Positions 1-6,221 of a stretch of 64,000 nucleotides of DNA are shown piece by piece. Below the pieces are notes generated by a model, which was not told where the DNA came from, did no database searches, and saw only the letters and a list, made by a program, of their open reading frames with translations. Location: sequence record MT764208.1, one strand, 5' to 3'. A program made the translations under genes and the position numbers. The stretch is from Escherichia phage JEP8. How positions within the stretch are numbered: the stretch's first letter is position 1; each line of letters opens with the position of its first letter.

Positions 1-130
1 TATACTTTTTGTATGTACCGTGGTCGGCGTCATCCGCATTAAAGCAGACTACCTTATGACCTGCTTTAGCCCATTCTAGCCCCATTATCCCCGATCCGTC
101 AAAGTTGCAGAATATTAATTTTTGTTTCAT
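1..130 (-). CDS. hypothetical protein, partial (N-terminal 43 codons only; runs off window start)
   Basis: ATG at 128-130 overlaps the TGA of the upstream ORF (ATGA coupling); N-terminus ...NFDGSGIMG... is a glycine-rich loop; product not identifiable. Confidence 0.3.
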   Translation of the reverse strand, partial: MKQKLIFCNFDGSGIMGLEWAKAGHKVVCFNADDADHGTYKKY

Positions 131-372
131 ATACGACCCTTTAACCCAGCACAGATTTTAGTCGGTTCTTTACCGTGCCACATTAAGTAAAGTCCGTTAA
201 TGCGACCTTGTTTTGTGTGTGATTCTTTTCTGATCTTCTTATAGTGTCGTGCTTCCTCAACCGATTGTTTAGAATACCAATCATAAAGGAAGAGGCACAA
301 AGGCCAACCATTAGCGGCCTTAATGCAGTTATTAAGAAATTCCTTATTGCGTTTAATTAATTTTCTTTTCAC
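127..372 (-). CDS. hypothetical small early protein (81 aa)
   Basis: minus-strand ORF, abuts neighbouring ORFs in the same orientation. Confidence 0.45.
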   Translation of the reverse strand: MKRKLIKRNKEFLNNCIKAANGWPLCLFLYDWYSKQSVEEARHYKKIRKESHTKQGRINGLYLMWHGKEPTKICAGLKGRI

Positions 373-620
373 GCTGCCCCCATTGGTTTGATAGTAACAG
401 AATCTAAAAGACCTTTGTTAGCCAGTTCGCGGCAAGTTTTCAGATCCGCAACTTCCCAGCCAGCCGCAATCAGGTTATCAATCAGGCTGTTAGCAACTTC
501 TTCGCTCATGAAAGAGCACTGTTTGCCGATGGTGTAGCGTACACGCTGTAATTTCAGTTTACGGAAGCCTTTAACGTTCAGGTCTTTAGCGATTTTCTTT
601 GCGGTTTCGATGTTAGCCAT
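369..620 (-). CDS. hypothetical small early protein (83 aa)
   Basis: ORF preceded by conserved GGAGAATC RBS and promoter cassette at 661-689. Confidence 0.55.
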   Translation of the reverse strand: MANIETAKKIAKDLNVKGFRKLKLQRVRYTIGKQCSFMSEEVANSLIDNLIAAGWEVADLKTCRELANKGLLDSVTIKPMGAA

Positions 621-660
621 TGTTTGATTCTCCTAAGTGGTATCTCGTCTTGATGGTTGT

Positions 661-689
661 ATTGTAGGGGAGTTATCCTCCCCTGTCAA
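661..689 (-). promoter_or_regulatory. early sigma70-type promoter TTGACA-N17-TACAAT with palindromic spacer
   Basis: spacer GGGGAGGATAACTCCCC; A/T-rich tract upstream; drives 369..620. Confidence 0.6.
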
Positions 690-703
690 CACTTTTTATA
701 AAA

Positions 704-871
704 TTATTTGTTAATTTCTGGTGCGTTGCTAGGATAGTAACCTTCTTTAACTCCGAGGTATTTCGCAACCATCCCTACAATCTTCTGTGCTACTACAATG
801 TCAAATTTCAGATAATCTTCGCCGTGGGTTTCAATGATATATGCTTCACATGCTGCTTTAGTCTCGAACAT
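704..871 (-). CDS. hypothetical 55-aa protein, copy 1 of a duplicated gene (MFETKAACEAYIIETHGEDYLKFDIVVAQKIVGMVAKYLGVKEGYYPSNAPEINK)
   Basis: below the 60-aa track cutoff; hand-translated; near-identical to 3962..4129; RBS and promoter cassette upstream. Confidence 0.5.
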   Translation of the reverse strand: MFETKAACEAYIIETHGEDYLKFDIVVAQKIVGMVAKYLGVKEGYYPSNAPEINK

Positions 872-904
872 TTTGATTCTCCTATTTCGTTTCGGTATGT
901 GTGT

Positions 905-933
905 ATTATAGGGGATCTCCCGATCCCCGTCAA
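905..933 (-). promoter_or_regulatory. early promoter TTGACG-N17-TATAAT with palindromic spacer GGGATCGGGAGATCCCC
   Basis: consensus hexamers, 17-bp spacing; drives 704..871. Confidence 0.65.
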
Positions 934-947
934 CAACTTTTTTAAAA

Positions 948-1229
948 TTATTCGTGATTAGTTTCGATGTTGTGCATTTTGCACCAATTCAGCCAATCAC
1001 CCAGATCCTGATAGTTAATGCTTTTATCTGCTGCCATCGTTTTTGTCTTGATACCCATATGTGCGTTATGAGTAAGCATTTTTACAGTGAACTCAATTTT
1101 ATCGCCTTTAGCTTTAACATCAACCAGTTTGGTCCACTGGCTACCAGCGCCGCGAATGTTCATACCAACGATGTTTCCGATGTATGCTTCTTTGTTTTTC
1201 AGGATTTCGGTTGCTTTGATGAATTTCAT
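948..1229 (-). CDS. hypothetical small early protein (93 aa)
   Basis: ORF with upstream promoter cassette (1263-1291) and RBS. Confidence 0.5.
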   Translation of the reverse strand: MKFIKATEILKNKEAYIGNIVGMNIRGAGSQWTKLVDVKAKGDKIEFTVKMLTHNAHMGIKTKTMAADKSINYQDLGDWLNWCKMHNIETNHE

Positions 1230-1262
1230 TTTTGATTCTCCAGTTCGTTTCGGTATGGGTGT

Positions 1263-1291
1263 ATTATGCTATGTTCTTACTTTGGTGTCAA
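1263..1291 (-). promoter_or_regulatory. early promoter TTGACA-N17-CATAAT
   Basis: consensus -35, 17-bp spacer; drives 948..1229. Confidence 0.55.
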
Positions 1292-1299
1292 CAACTTTT

Positions 1300-1569
1300 T
1301 TAGATATTTTCAGAAATAAATTTTAAAACTTGACGTAAATGTTTCTCATCTTTGATAGTCGCCGGAAGTTCTTCTTTTACTTCCTGTGCAAGATAGATAT
1401 TTCCGTTCCAAGTGAAAGATCCGTCTTCGTTTACGCGATAGCTGAACATCCACTCGCAATCATTTTCGATTTCATATACACACAGAAGAGTGTAATCTTC
1501 AAAGCTATTGAGTTCAAGGTCGAAGCCGTGACGTTTTGCAAAGTTGGTAGTGGTTTTAGTCAGTGCCAT
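1300..1569 (-). CDS. hypothetical small early protein (89 aa)
   Basis: ORF with upstream promoter cassette (1610-1638) and RBS. Confidence 0.5.
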   Translation of the reverse strand: MALTKTTTNFAKRHGFDLELNSFEDYTLLCVYEIENDCEWMFSYRVNEDGSFTWNGNIYLAQEVKEELPATIKDEKHLRQVLKFISENI

Positions 1570-1609
1570 TGTTTGATTCTCCTAAGTGGTATCTCGTTTC
1601 GATGTGTGT

Positions 1610-1638
1610 ATTATGCTATAGGCGTGATCTGGTGTCAA
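1610..1638 (-). promoter_or_regulatory. early promoter TTGACA-N17-CATAAT
   Basis: drives 1300..1569. Confidence 0.55.
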
Positions 1639-1660
1639 TGCCTTTTTTAAAATTTTATGC

Positions 1661-1689
1661 AATAAAAAAGCCGACACTAAGGTCGGCTA
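1661..1689 (-). terminator. intrinsic terminator after 1696..2004
   Basis: hairpin AGCCGAC-N6-GTCGGCT followed by T6 on the minus strand. Confidence 0.6.
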
Positions 1690-1695
1690 ATAAAA

Positions 1696-2004
1696 TCATT
1701 TAGACAAATAATCATTCTGTGCAATCCGGTCGGCGTATGCTGGTGTTATGTCAATCGCCAGCACTTTAACGCGTGCTTTCTTGCGACCTGGGTTTTCTCG
1801 TAACCAGTGCTCATGGCCGTGAACATTTTTATACTGCGATGCTTCTTCGAAGGTACGGATCGGACCTGGGTAATCAGCGTAAAGGATCTCTAGATCTTCG
1901 GTGATGTAAAAATATACATCGTAATTGCTGTTCTCTAGCTTAAGCAGAGACTTTCGGAACATTGGGAGATTTTCGCGGGTAAATTCAAAGATATTATCTT
2001 TCAT
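1696..2004 (-). CDS. hypothetical protein, member 1 of a six-member paralog family (H-x-H-W ... V-L-A-[VI]-D-[VI] motif)
   Basis: shares ordered motifs Y-x-Y-[IV]-x-E/D, HxHW and VLA(V/I)D(V/I) with 2422, 2705, 3426, 4198, 4757; terminator hairpin downstream. Confidence 0.55.
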   Translation of the reverse strand: MKDNIFEFTRENLPMFRKSLLKLENSNYDVYFYITEDLEILYADYPGPIRTFEEASQYKNVHGHEHWLRENPGRKKARVKVLAIDITPAYADRIAQNDYLSK

Positions 2005-2052
2005 AGTATTATCCTCAATAGTTGGATGAAAAGGGGCTTAACGCCCCGTATA

Positions 2053-2340
2053 TTAAAACAGTCCTTCCTGTACACCGTAGTAGAGTTCATCGCTGATAAT
2101 TTCATTAATGCGACGGTGTGCATATTCCTGATTTGCGAAGTTGTCAGCAAGTTCTACTTTAGTTTCGCCGTCATGAGTCCATTTAGTGATAACTTTACCA
2201 TCGGCAAATTTGAAGTTGAACTCTTTAGCTACCGCATCGCGTACCAGACGTGCGAACTTGTTGTTACGGATTGCATTATCGGTTTCGTGTGCAGCGTGAG
2301 CAAATTTGTTAACTTTCAGAGTGATGGTGATGTATGCCAT
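2053..2340 (-). CDS. hypothetical small early protein (95 aa)
   Basis: ORF with promoter cassette 2387-2415 and RBS; AKEFN segment weakly shared with 5346..5657. Confidence 0.5.
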   Translation of the reverse strand: MAYITITLKVNKFAHAAHETDNAIRNNKFARLVRDAVAKEFNFKFADGKVITKWTHDGETKVELADNFANQEYAHRRINEIISDELYYGVQEGLF

Positions 2341-2386
2341 AATTTGATTCTCCTAGTTAGAAAGTGTATCTCGTTTCGATGGGTGT

Positions 2387-2415
2387 ATTATGCTATACAC
2401 CCGATCTTATGTCAA
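2387..2415 (-). promoter_or_regulatory. early promoter TTGACA-N17-CATAAT
   Basis: drives 2053..2340. Confidence 0.55.
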
Positions 2416-2421
2416 CACTTT

Positions 2422-2700
2422 TTATAAAATAATTTTTTGATATTTTTCTATGATGTTTGTGTAGGTCACATCAACCGCGAGCACCGTTGCTTCGAATCCA
2501 CCGTTTAGCCAATGGCTATGATCGTGATCGTTAAAGAAACCGAGGCCAGTGCGAAGACCTTCTTTATATTCGGCGCGTACATTCAGTTTGTCGTCGATAA
2601 ACAGATAAAACCATGAATTTTTACTAGGATTGATGATACAACCTTTCAGATTAGGGAGAATATCACGACTAAGAATAAACTTATCACCTACTTTGAACAT
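2422..2700 (-). CDS. hypothetical protein, paralog family member 2
   Basis: start trimmed to ATG at 2700 (MFKVGDKF...), preceded by GAGGA; motif HDHSHW...VLAVDV. Confidence 0.55.
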   Translation of the reverse strand: MFKVGDKFILSRDILPNLKGCIINPSKNSWFYLFIDDKLNVRAEYKEGLRTGLGFFNDHDHSHWLNGGFEATVLAVDVTYTNIIEKYQKIIL

Positions 2701-2704
2701 AATA

Positions 2705-3025
2705 TTAGTCCTCACTTATAAGGTCAAACCAATTGTTTTTCGCATAATGCTTAATGCGTGCTTGATCTGCTTCCGCTGGTGATAGATTCCATGCAACCAC
2801 TACAACTTCTGACGCATCGTCATCCGTTTTTGATACCCAATGATTGTGATTCATACAGTTATTTGCTATCGAGTGAGCAAATGATTTCATCACTGGAGAC
2901 GTATAATCATAGTAACGGATTTTCAGATTTTCATCAACATACAAGTAGATCGTATACGGCTTATATTCAGTAACCAATAACAGACAGTTACGCAATTCTG
3001 GGAAAATCTTTTTAGTTAATTTCAT
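2705..3025 (-). CDS. hypothetical protein, paralog family member 3
   Basis: motif NHNHW...VVVVAW; same length class and orientation as other members. Confidence 0.5.
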   Translation of the reverse strand: MKLTKKIFPELRNCLLLVTEYKPYTIYLYVDENLKIRYYDYTSPVMKSFAHSIANNCMNHNHWVSKTDDDASEVVVVAWNLSPAEADQARIKHYAKNNWFDLISED

Positions 3026-3239
3026 ATTCTAGTTCTCCGTAATACACAGTAATCCATTTTTCTTCATACTTTGTATCTTTCCAACACACAATCCCGTTTA
3101 CTGTGCAATCTTTGGAATTGACGAATGATTCATATTGTTCTGCATCTTCCATCATTGCATGAGCGGTCTTTTCATCGAATATATCGCAGATCGCTTTATA
3201 TGCTCGATAATCTTTAAATTTGCTCATAATTAACACCAC
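3012..3239 (-). CDS. hypothetical protein, MSKFK tandem paralog A
   Basis: N-terminus MSKFKDYRAY and central IVCWK shared with adjacent 3230..3445. Confidence 0.5.
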   Translation of the reverse strand: MVLIMSKFKDYRAYKAICDIFDEKTAHAMMEDAEQYESFVNSKDCTVNGIVCWKDTKYEEKWITVYYGELEYEIN

Positions 3240-3445
3240 TCAAGAGTTTTTGAAAACACATCTATCCATTGTTGAGTATATGCGGTTTCTTTCCATGACA
3301 CAATACCAGTCGAATAATGGTTTTTGTTTCCAGAAAAGGACGGGCATTTTGATGCATCTTCCATCATCTTTTCGGCGAACTCTGGTGCGTATACTCGCAA
3401 AATCTGTTGATATGCTTTGTATTCTTTAAATTTGCTCATAATCAT
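3230..3445 (-). CDS. hypothetical protein, MSKFK tandem paralog B
   Basis: N-terminus MSKFKEYKAY and central IVSWK; tandem to 3012..3239. Confidence 0.5.
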   Translation of the reverse strand: MIMSKFKEYKAYQQILRVYAPEFAEKMMEDASKCPSFSGNKNHYSTGIVSWKETAYTQQWIDVFSKTLEWC

Positions 3446-3704
3446 TCACTACCTTATCAGCTTCTTTTGTTGTTTTTACATCAACTGCGATAACTCGTAA
3501 AGGTTCGTCATGGTTCCACCAGTGGTCATGAATATCGGCTTGTGATTTATCACCAAAGGAATCACGAATATCATTTTTACATTTATAGCTAATGTGACCG
3601 TCATAGTCAACATAAAGGTAATTATCGAAAATCGGCGTTTTTAAGATCATACCGAAAAATCTTTCTTTGTGTGTCTTATCCAGCGTTGCAGTAATTCGCA
3701 TCAT
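3426..3704 (-). CDS. hypothetical protein, paralog family member 4
   Basis: motif HDHWW...VIAVDV. Confidence 0.55.
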   Translation of the reverse strand: MMRITATLDKTHKERFFGMILKTPIFDNYLYVDYDGHISYKCKNDIRDSFGDKSQADIHDHWWNHDEPLRVIAVDVKTTKEADKVVNDYEQI

Positions 3705-3716
3705 AATATATTCCTC

Positions 3717-3896
3717 TTAGAAAGGGATGGTCATTTCTTGAGCTTGTATGTTCTCGTTAGGATTAAACTTCATCCAACCGATATTGTCTACCAGCATATT
3801 TACATTTTTATCATATCCTACGTGAGTAGTCAACACTAAATGTGCTTTACCTTCAACGATGATTTCCATGTACTTCTGAACTTCGATAGCTTTCAT
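3717..3896 (-). CDS. hypothetical 59-aa protein
   Basis: hand-translated (MKAIEVQKYMEIIVEGK...); conserved RBS and promoter cassette 3930-3958 upstream. Confidence 0.45.
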   Translation of the reverse strand: MKAIEVQKYMEIIVEGKAHLVLTTHVGYDKNVNMLVDNIGWMKFNPNENIQAQEMTIPF

Positions 3897-3929
3897 TTTT
3901 GATTCTCCGTTTGTTGTCTTGATGGGAGT

Positions 3930-3958
3930 ATCTTACTACTCCCTTTAATCATTGTCAA
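3930..3958 (-). promoter_or_regulatory. early promoter TTGACA-N17-TAAGAT with GGGAGTAGTAAGATACTCCC hairpin
   Basis: drives 3717..3896; palindrome overlaps -10. Confidence 0.5.
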
Positions 3959-3961
3959 CTA

Positions 3962-4129
3962 TTATTTGTTAATTTCTGGTGCGTTGCTTGGATAGTAACC
4001 TTCTTTAACACCCAGATATTTTGCAACCATTCCGGTGATCTTCTGTGCTACTACGATATCGAATTTCAGGTAGTCTTCACCGTGGTTTGCTACAATGTAT
4101 GCTTCGCATTCTGCTTTAGTCGGGAACAT
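3962..4129 (-). CDS. hypothetical 55-aa protein, copy 2 of duplicated gene
   Basis: track ORF trimmed to internal ATG (MFPTKAECEAYIVANHGEDYLKFDIVVAQKITGMVAKYLGVKEGYYPSNAPEINK); about 85-90 percent nt identity to 704..871 by eye. Confidence 0.5.
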   Translation of the reverse strand: MFPTKAECEAYIVANHGEDYLKFDIVVAQKITGMVAKYLGVKEGYYPSNAPEINK

Positions 4130-4163
4130 TTTTGATTCTCCTATATCTCGTTGGTATGTGTGC

Positions 4164-4192
4164 ATTATAGGGGATCACCGATCCCCTGTCAA
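4164..4192 (-). promoter_or_regulatory. early promoter TTGACA-N17-TATAAT with palindromic spacer GGGGATCGGTGATCCCC
   Basis: drives 3962..4129. Confidence 0.65.
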
Positions 4193-4197
4193 CAACT

Positions 4198-4491
4198 TTA
4201 TAATGCTTTATATGCGTATTTCATAAATTTGTCTGCCACTTCATTGGCATGTTCAGCTTCTACGCCTGATTCGAGAACAATAGCTAGGTCGGTTTCGTCA
4301 TTCCCGCCGTACCAATGATTTGATGTTCGATTTTTTTCAATTGGAAATTGGTCACTTTTATCTGTGCGACAAAATACATCTAAATGCTCGTCGATGTAAA
4401 AGATCCAATCTTCATAAAGAATAACGGTATTAGCCAGATTTTTATTGCCTTCAACGAAAGGTTCGGCTACAAACAAATTAGTATGTTCCAT
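4198..4491 (-). CDS. hypothetical protein, paralog family member 5
   Basis: start trimmed to ATG 4491 (GAGGA upstream); motif SNHWYGG...LAIVLE. Confidence 0.5.
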   Translation of the reverse strand: MEHTNLFVAEPFVEGNKNLANTVILYEDWIFYIDEHLDVFCRTDKSDQFPIEKNRTSNHWYGGNDETDLAIVLESGVEAEHANEVADKFMKYAYKAL

Positions 4492-4507
4492 AGTAATTTC
4501 CTCAAAA

Positions 4508-4699
4508 TTATACAGCTTCGTAAACTTCCCAATGTCCAACACCAGCACGCTTAACGAAAAGGTTTTCTTTGATGTTATTCATAAACGTCTGGATGGATTT
4601 AATGCGGTTTGAAGGTTTCCATTCTTCGTTGGCATTGCGTCGATACATCATAACATTACCAGTTCGCTTATATTCAGCAACCATTTTAAGACCACACAT
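4508..4699 (-). CDS. hypothetical small protein (63 aa)
   Basis: ORF between family members; putative promoter 4751-4778 upstream. Confidence 0.4.
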   Translation of the reverse strand: MCGLKMVAEYKRTGNVMMYRRNANEEWKPSNRIKSIQTFMNNIKENLFVKRAGVGHWEVYEAV

Positions 4700-4750
4700 A
4701 ATATTATCCTCAATTTGTGGGAGAGTATTACCCCTCCCAATGATTGTTAT

Positions 4751-4778
4751 GTTATATCACACAAAATGGCGTGTCAAT
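4751..4778 (-). promoter_or_regulatory. putative early promoter TTGACA-N16-TATAAC
   Basis: weaker -10; upstream of 4508..4699. Confidence 0.35.
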
Positions 4779-5077
4779 GCTTCTTTTGCGGTTCCGCTAA
4801 GACTTTCGATCTCGCCTGGCATAACATCAACCGCCAGAACTTCTACAACATCCTCGGACCCTAACCAGTGAGTATGACCTTTGTAGAACTTGATAACCAG
4901 ACTACCTTCCTCGTCCCATTTAACGCTATCGCTAGCCCACCACACATCACCGTCGATAAAGTTGATGTAAAGCACACTACGCCACATTGAATTAATTACT
5001 TTCAATACTGCGCCTTTCATCTCTTCCACGGTATGGTCTTCCATTTTGAAGACCTCACCTACCTGAACTTTTGCCAT
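4757..5077 (-). CDS. hypothetical protein, paralog family member 6
   Basis: motif GHTHWLG...VLAVDV. Confidence 0.55.
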   Translation of the reverse strand: MAKVQVGEVFKMEDHTVEEMKGAVLKVINSMWRSVLYINFIDGDVWWASDSVKWDEEGSLVIKFYKGHTHWLGSEDVVEVLAVDVMPGEIESLSGTAKEALTRHFV

Positions 5078-5094
5078 TTAGTCACCTCTCTTTA

Positions 5095-5274
5095 TTACAT
5101 AACAATCACGCCAGCCGTTGAAAGTTGATGTTTCAACTGAGCATTTTCTGCTACCGTCAAATCAATGATTTCTTGTGACGCTGCAATCATATATCCATTG
5201 GTGATATTGTTTTGCATCAGTTCAATGGTTTCTTCGTTGTAGCGGATTTTAGCGATGATTTCGTTGAAGTTCAT
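5095..5274 (-). CDS. hypothetical 59-aa protein
   Basis: track ORF trimmed: N-terminal MLTGDHRSPIL is read-through of the promoter cassette; real start MNFNEII... after GGAGAATC. Confidence 0.45.
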   Translation of the reverse strand: MNFNEIIAKIRYNEETIELMQNNITNGYMIAASQEIIDLTVAENAQLKHQLSTAGVIVM

Positions 5275-5308
5275 GATTGATTCTCCTAGTTCGTTTCGGT
5301 ATGTGTGT

Positions 5309-5337
5309 AGTATAGGGGATCGGTGATCCCCTGTCAA
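5309..5337 (-). promoter_or_regulatory. early promoter TTGACA-N17-TATACT with palindromic spacer GGGGATCACCGATCCCC
   Basis: drives 5095..5274. Confidence 0.6.
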
Positions 5338-5345
5338 CAACTTTT

Positions 5346-5657
5346 TTAAAGTTTTTCCATGATAACGGTCATAATTACATCTTCTGCGCGAGCGGTCAGA
5401 TTATCAGCGTCAGCATGTGGGCGGTTGGTTGTTACAGAGATAACACCGTTGCGCACTGGTTTGATATTGATATCAAGATGATCCGCGAAACGTTCGCCAG
5501 TTACAGAATGAATTTTGGTGTTAAATTCTTTTGCCAGTGCCTTGCGAACTTCACGAATCAGGGTAGCGTTTTTCAGTTGGTTCTCCGCGCTCATGGTCTT
5601 CTGGGTGTTAATGGTTCCGTCGAAGTCAATCATTGGCAGCGTTACGATGTATTTCAT
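5346..5657 (-). CDS. hypothetical small early protein (103 aa)
   Basis: ORF with promoter cassette 5703-5731 and RBS. Confidence 0.5.
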   Translation of the reverse strand: MKYIVTLPMIDFDGTINTQKTMSAENQLKNATLIREVRKALAKEFNTKIHSVTGERFADHLDINIKPVRNGVISVTTNRPHADADNLTARAEDVIMTVIMEKL

Positions 5658-5702
5658 TTTTGATTCTCCGTTTAAGAAAGTGTGTTTCGTTTTGATGTGT
5701 GT

Positions 5703-5731
5703 AGTATAGGGGATACGTGATCCCCTGTCAA
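5703..5731 (-). promoter_or_regulatory. early promoter TTGACA-N17-TATACT with palindromic spacer GGGGATCACGTATCCCC
   Basis: drives 5346..5657. Confidence 0.6.
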
Positions 5732-5744
5732 CAACTTTTTTGAA

Positions 5745-6221
5745 TTATTTTTCTTGATGCTCGCGCTCGTACTTTTCGAAATAAAATTCTACTGGCTGGT
5801 CATGAATTGACAGCAAGCCAAAGCGTTTAGCCGCTCGCAATCCCATATTGCGCTGAATGTACTTCTGGAAGTTCTCGCGTATACACTTACGCCAGTATTC
5901 TAAGCCCATACAGCTTTTATAAAGATTGCATTGCACACACGCCGGATTCATGTTATCAAGTATATCATGCTCCGGTTTATGCATTCCTACGACCTTATAC
6001 TTCCACAATCCATCATCATTACGGGCAATTCGTCCATTTTCATCATAGACTACCTTTGAGCGTCGCAATACTGGTTTGATGTGGTCTGCGTGCCAGCGAT
6101 CCCCTAGTTCCTCGCCACAATAGGCACAACGTCCACCGTATTTCATTTTCAGGATCTGGCGTTGCTCTTTCTTTGACAATTTTTTAGGTTTAGGGGCTTT
6201 CGCCCCTTCATTATCACACAT
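5745..6221 (-). CDS. HNH-family endonuclease (free-standing)
   Basis: C-x2-C ... H-A-D-H-I-K-P ... C-V-Q-C-N signature; directly downstream of ligase; true start may be internal Met (MKYGGR...). Confidence 0.6.
   Translation of the reverse strand: MCDNEGAKAPKPKKLSKKEQRQILKMKYGGRCAYCGEELGDRWHADHIKPVLRRSKVVYDENGRIARNDDGLWKYKVVGMHKPEHDILDNMNPACVQCNLYKSCMGLEYWRKCIRENFQKYIQRNMGLRAAKRFGLLSIHDQPVEFYFEKYEREHQEK
6192..6207 (-). promoter_or_regulatory. RNA stem-loop GGGGCGAAAGCCCC (GAAA tetraloop) at the ligase 3' end
   Basis: same element as at 18921-18936 and 31041-31056. Confidence 0.45.

Noticed and set aside
954-1650. Plus-strand ORFs in the early regions (for example 954..1235, 1087..1326, 1339..1650, 2026..2427) and the many other plus-strand ORFs outside 27295-37711
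   Set aside because: They lie antisense to well-supported minus-strand genes or promoter cassettes, lack RBS and homologs; considered frame shadows
5095-5340. Conserved N-terminal peptide MLTGD(H/R)RSPIL shared by ORFs 5095..5340 and 40837..41055 (and similar read-through N-termini at 41502..41837, 3962..4165)
   Set aside because: It is the translation of the conserved promoter spacer/leader; real starts are the downstream ATGs following GGAGAATC
620-5745. CRISPR-like array suggested by regularly recurring palindromic repeats
   Set aside because: Repeats are ~90-bp promoter/RBS cassettes with variable spacing, each followed by a protein-coding ORF; not short direct repeats with uniform spacers
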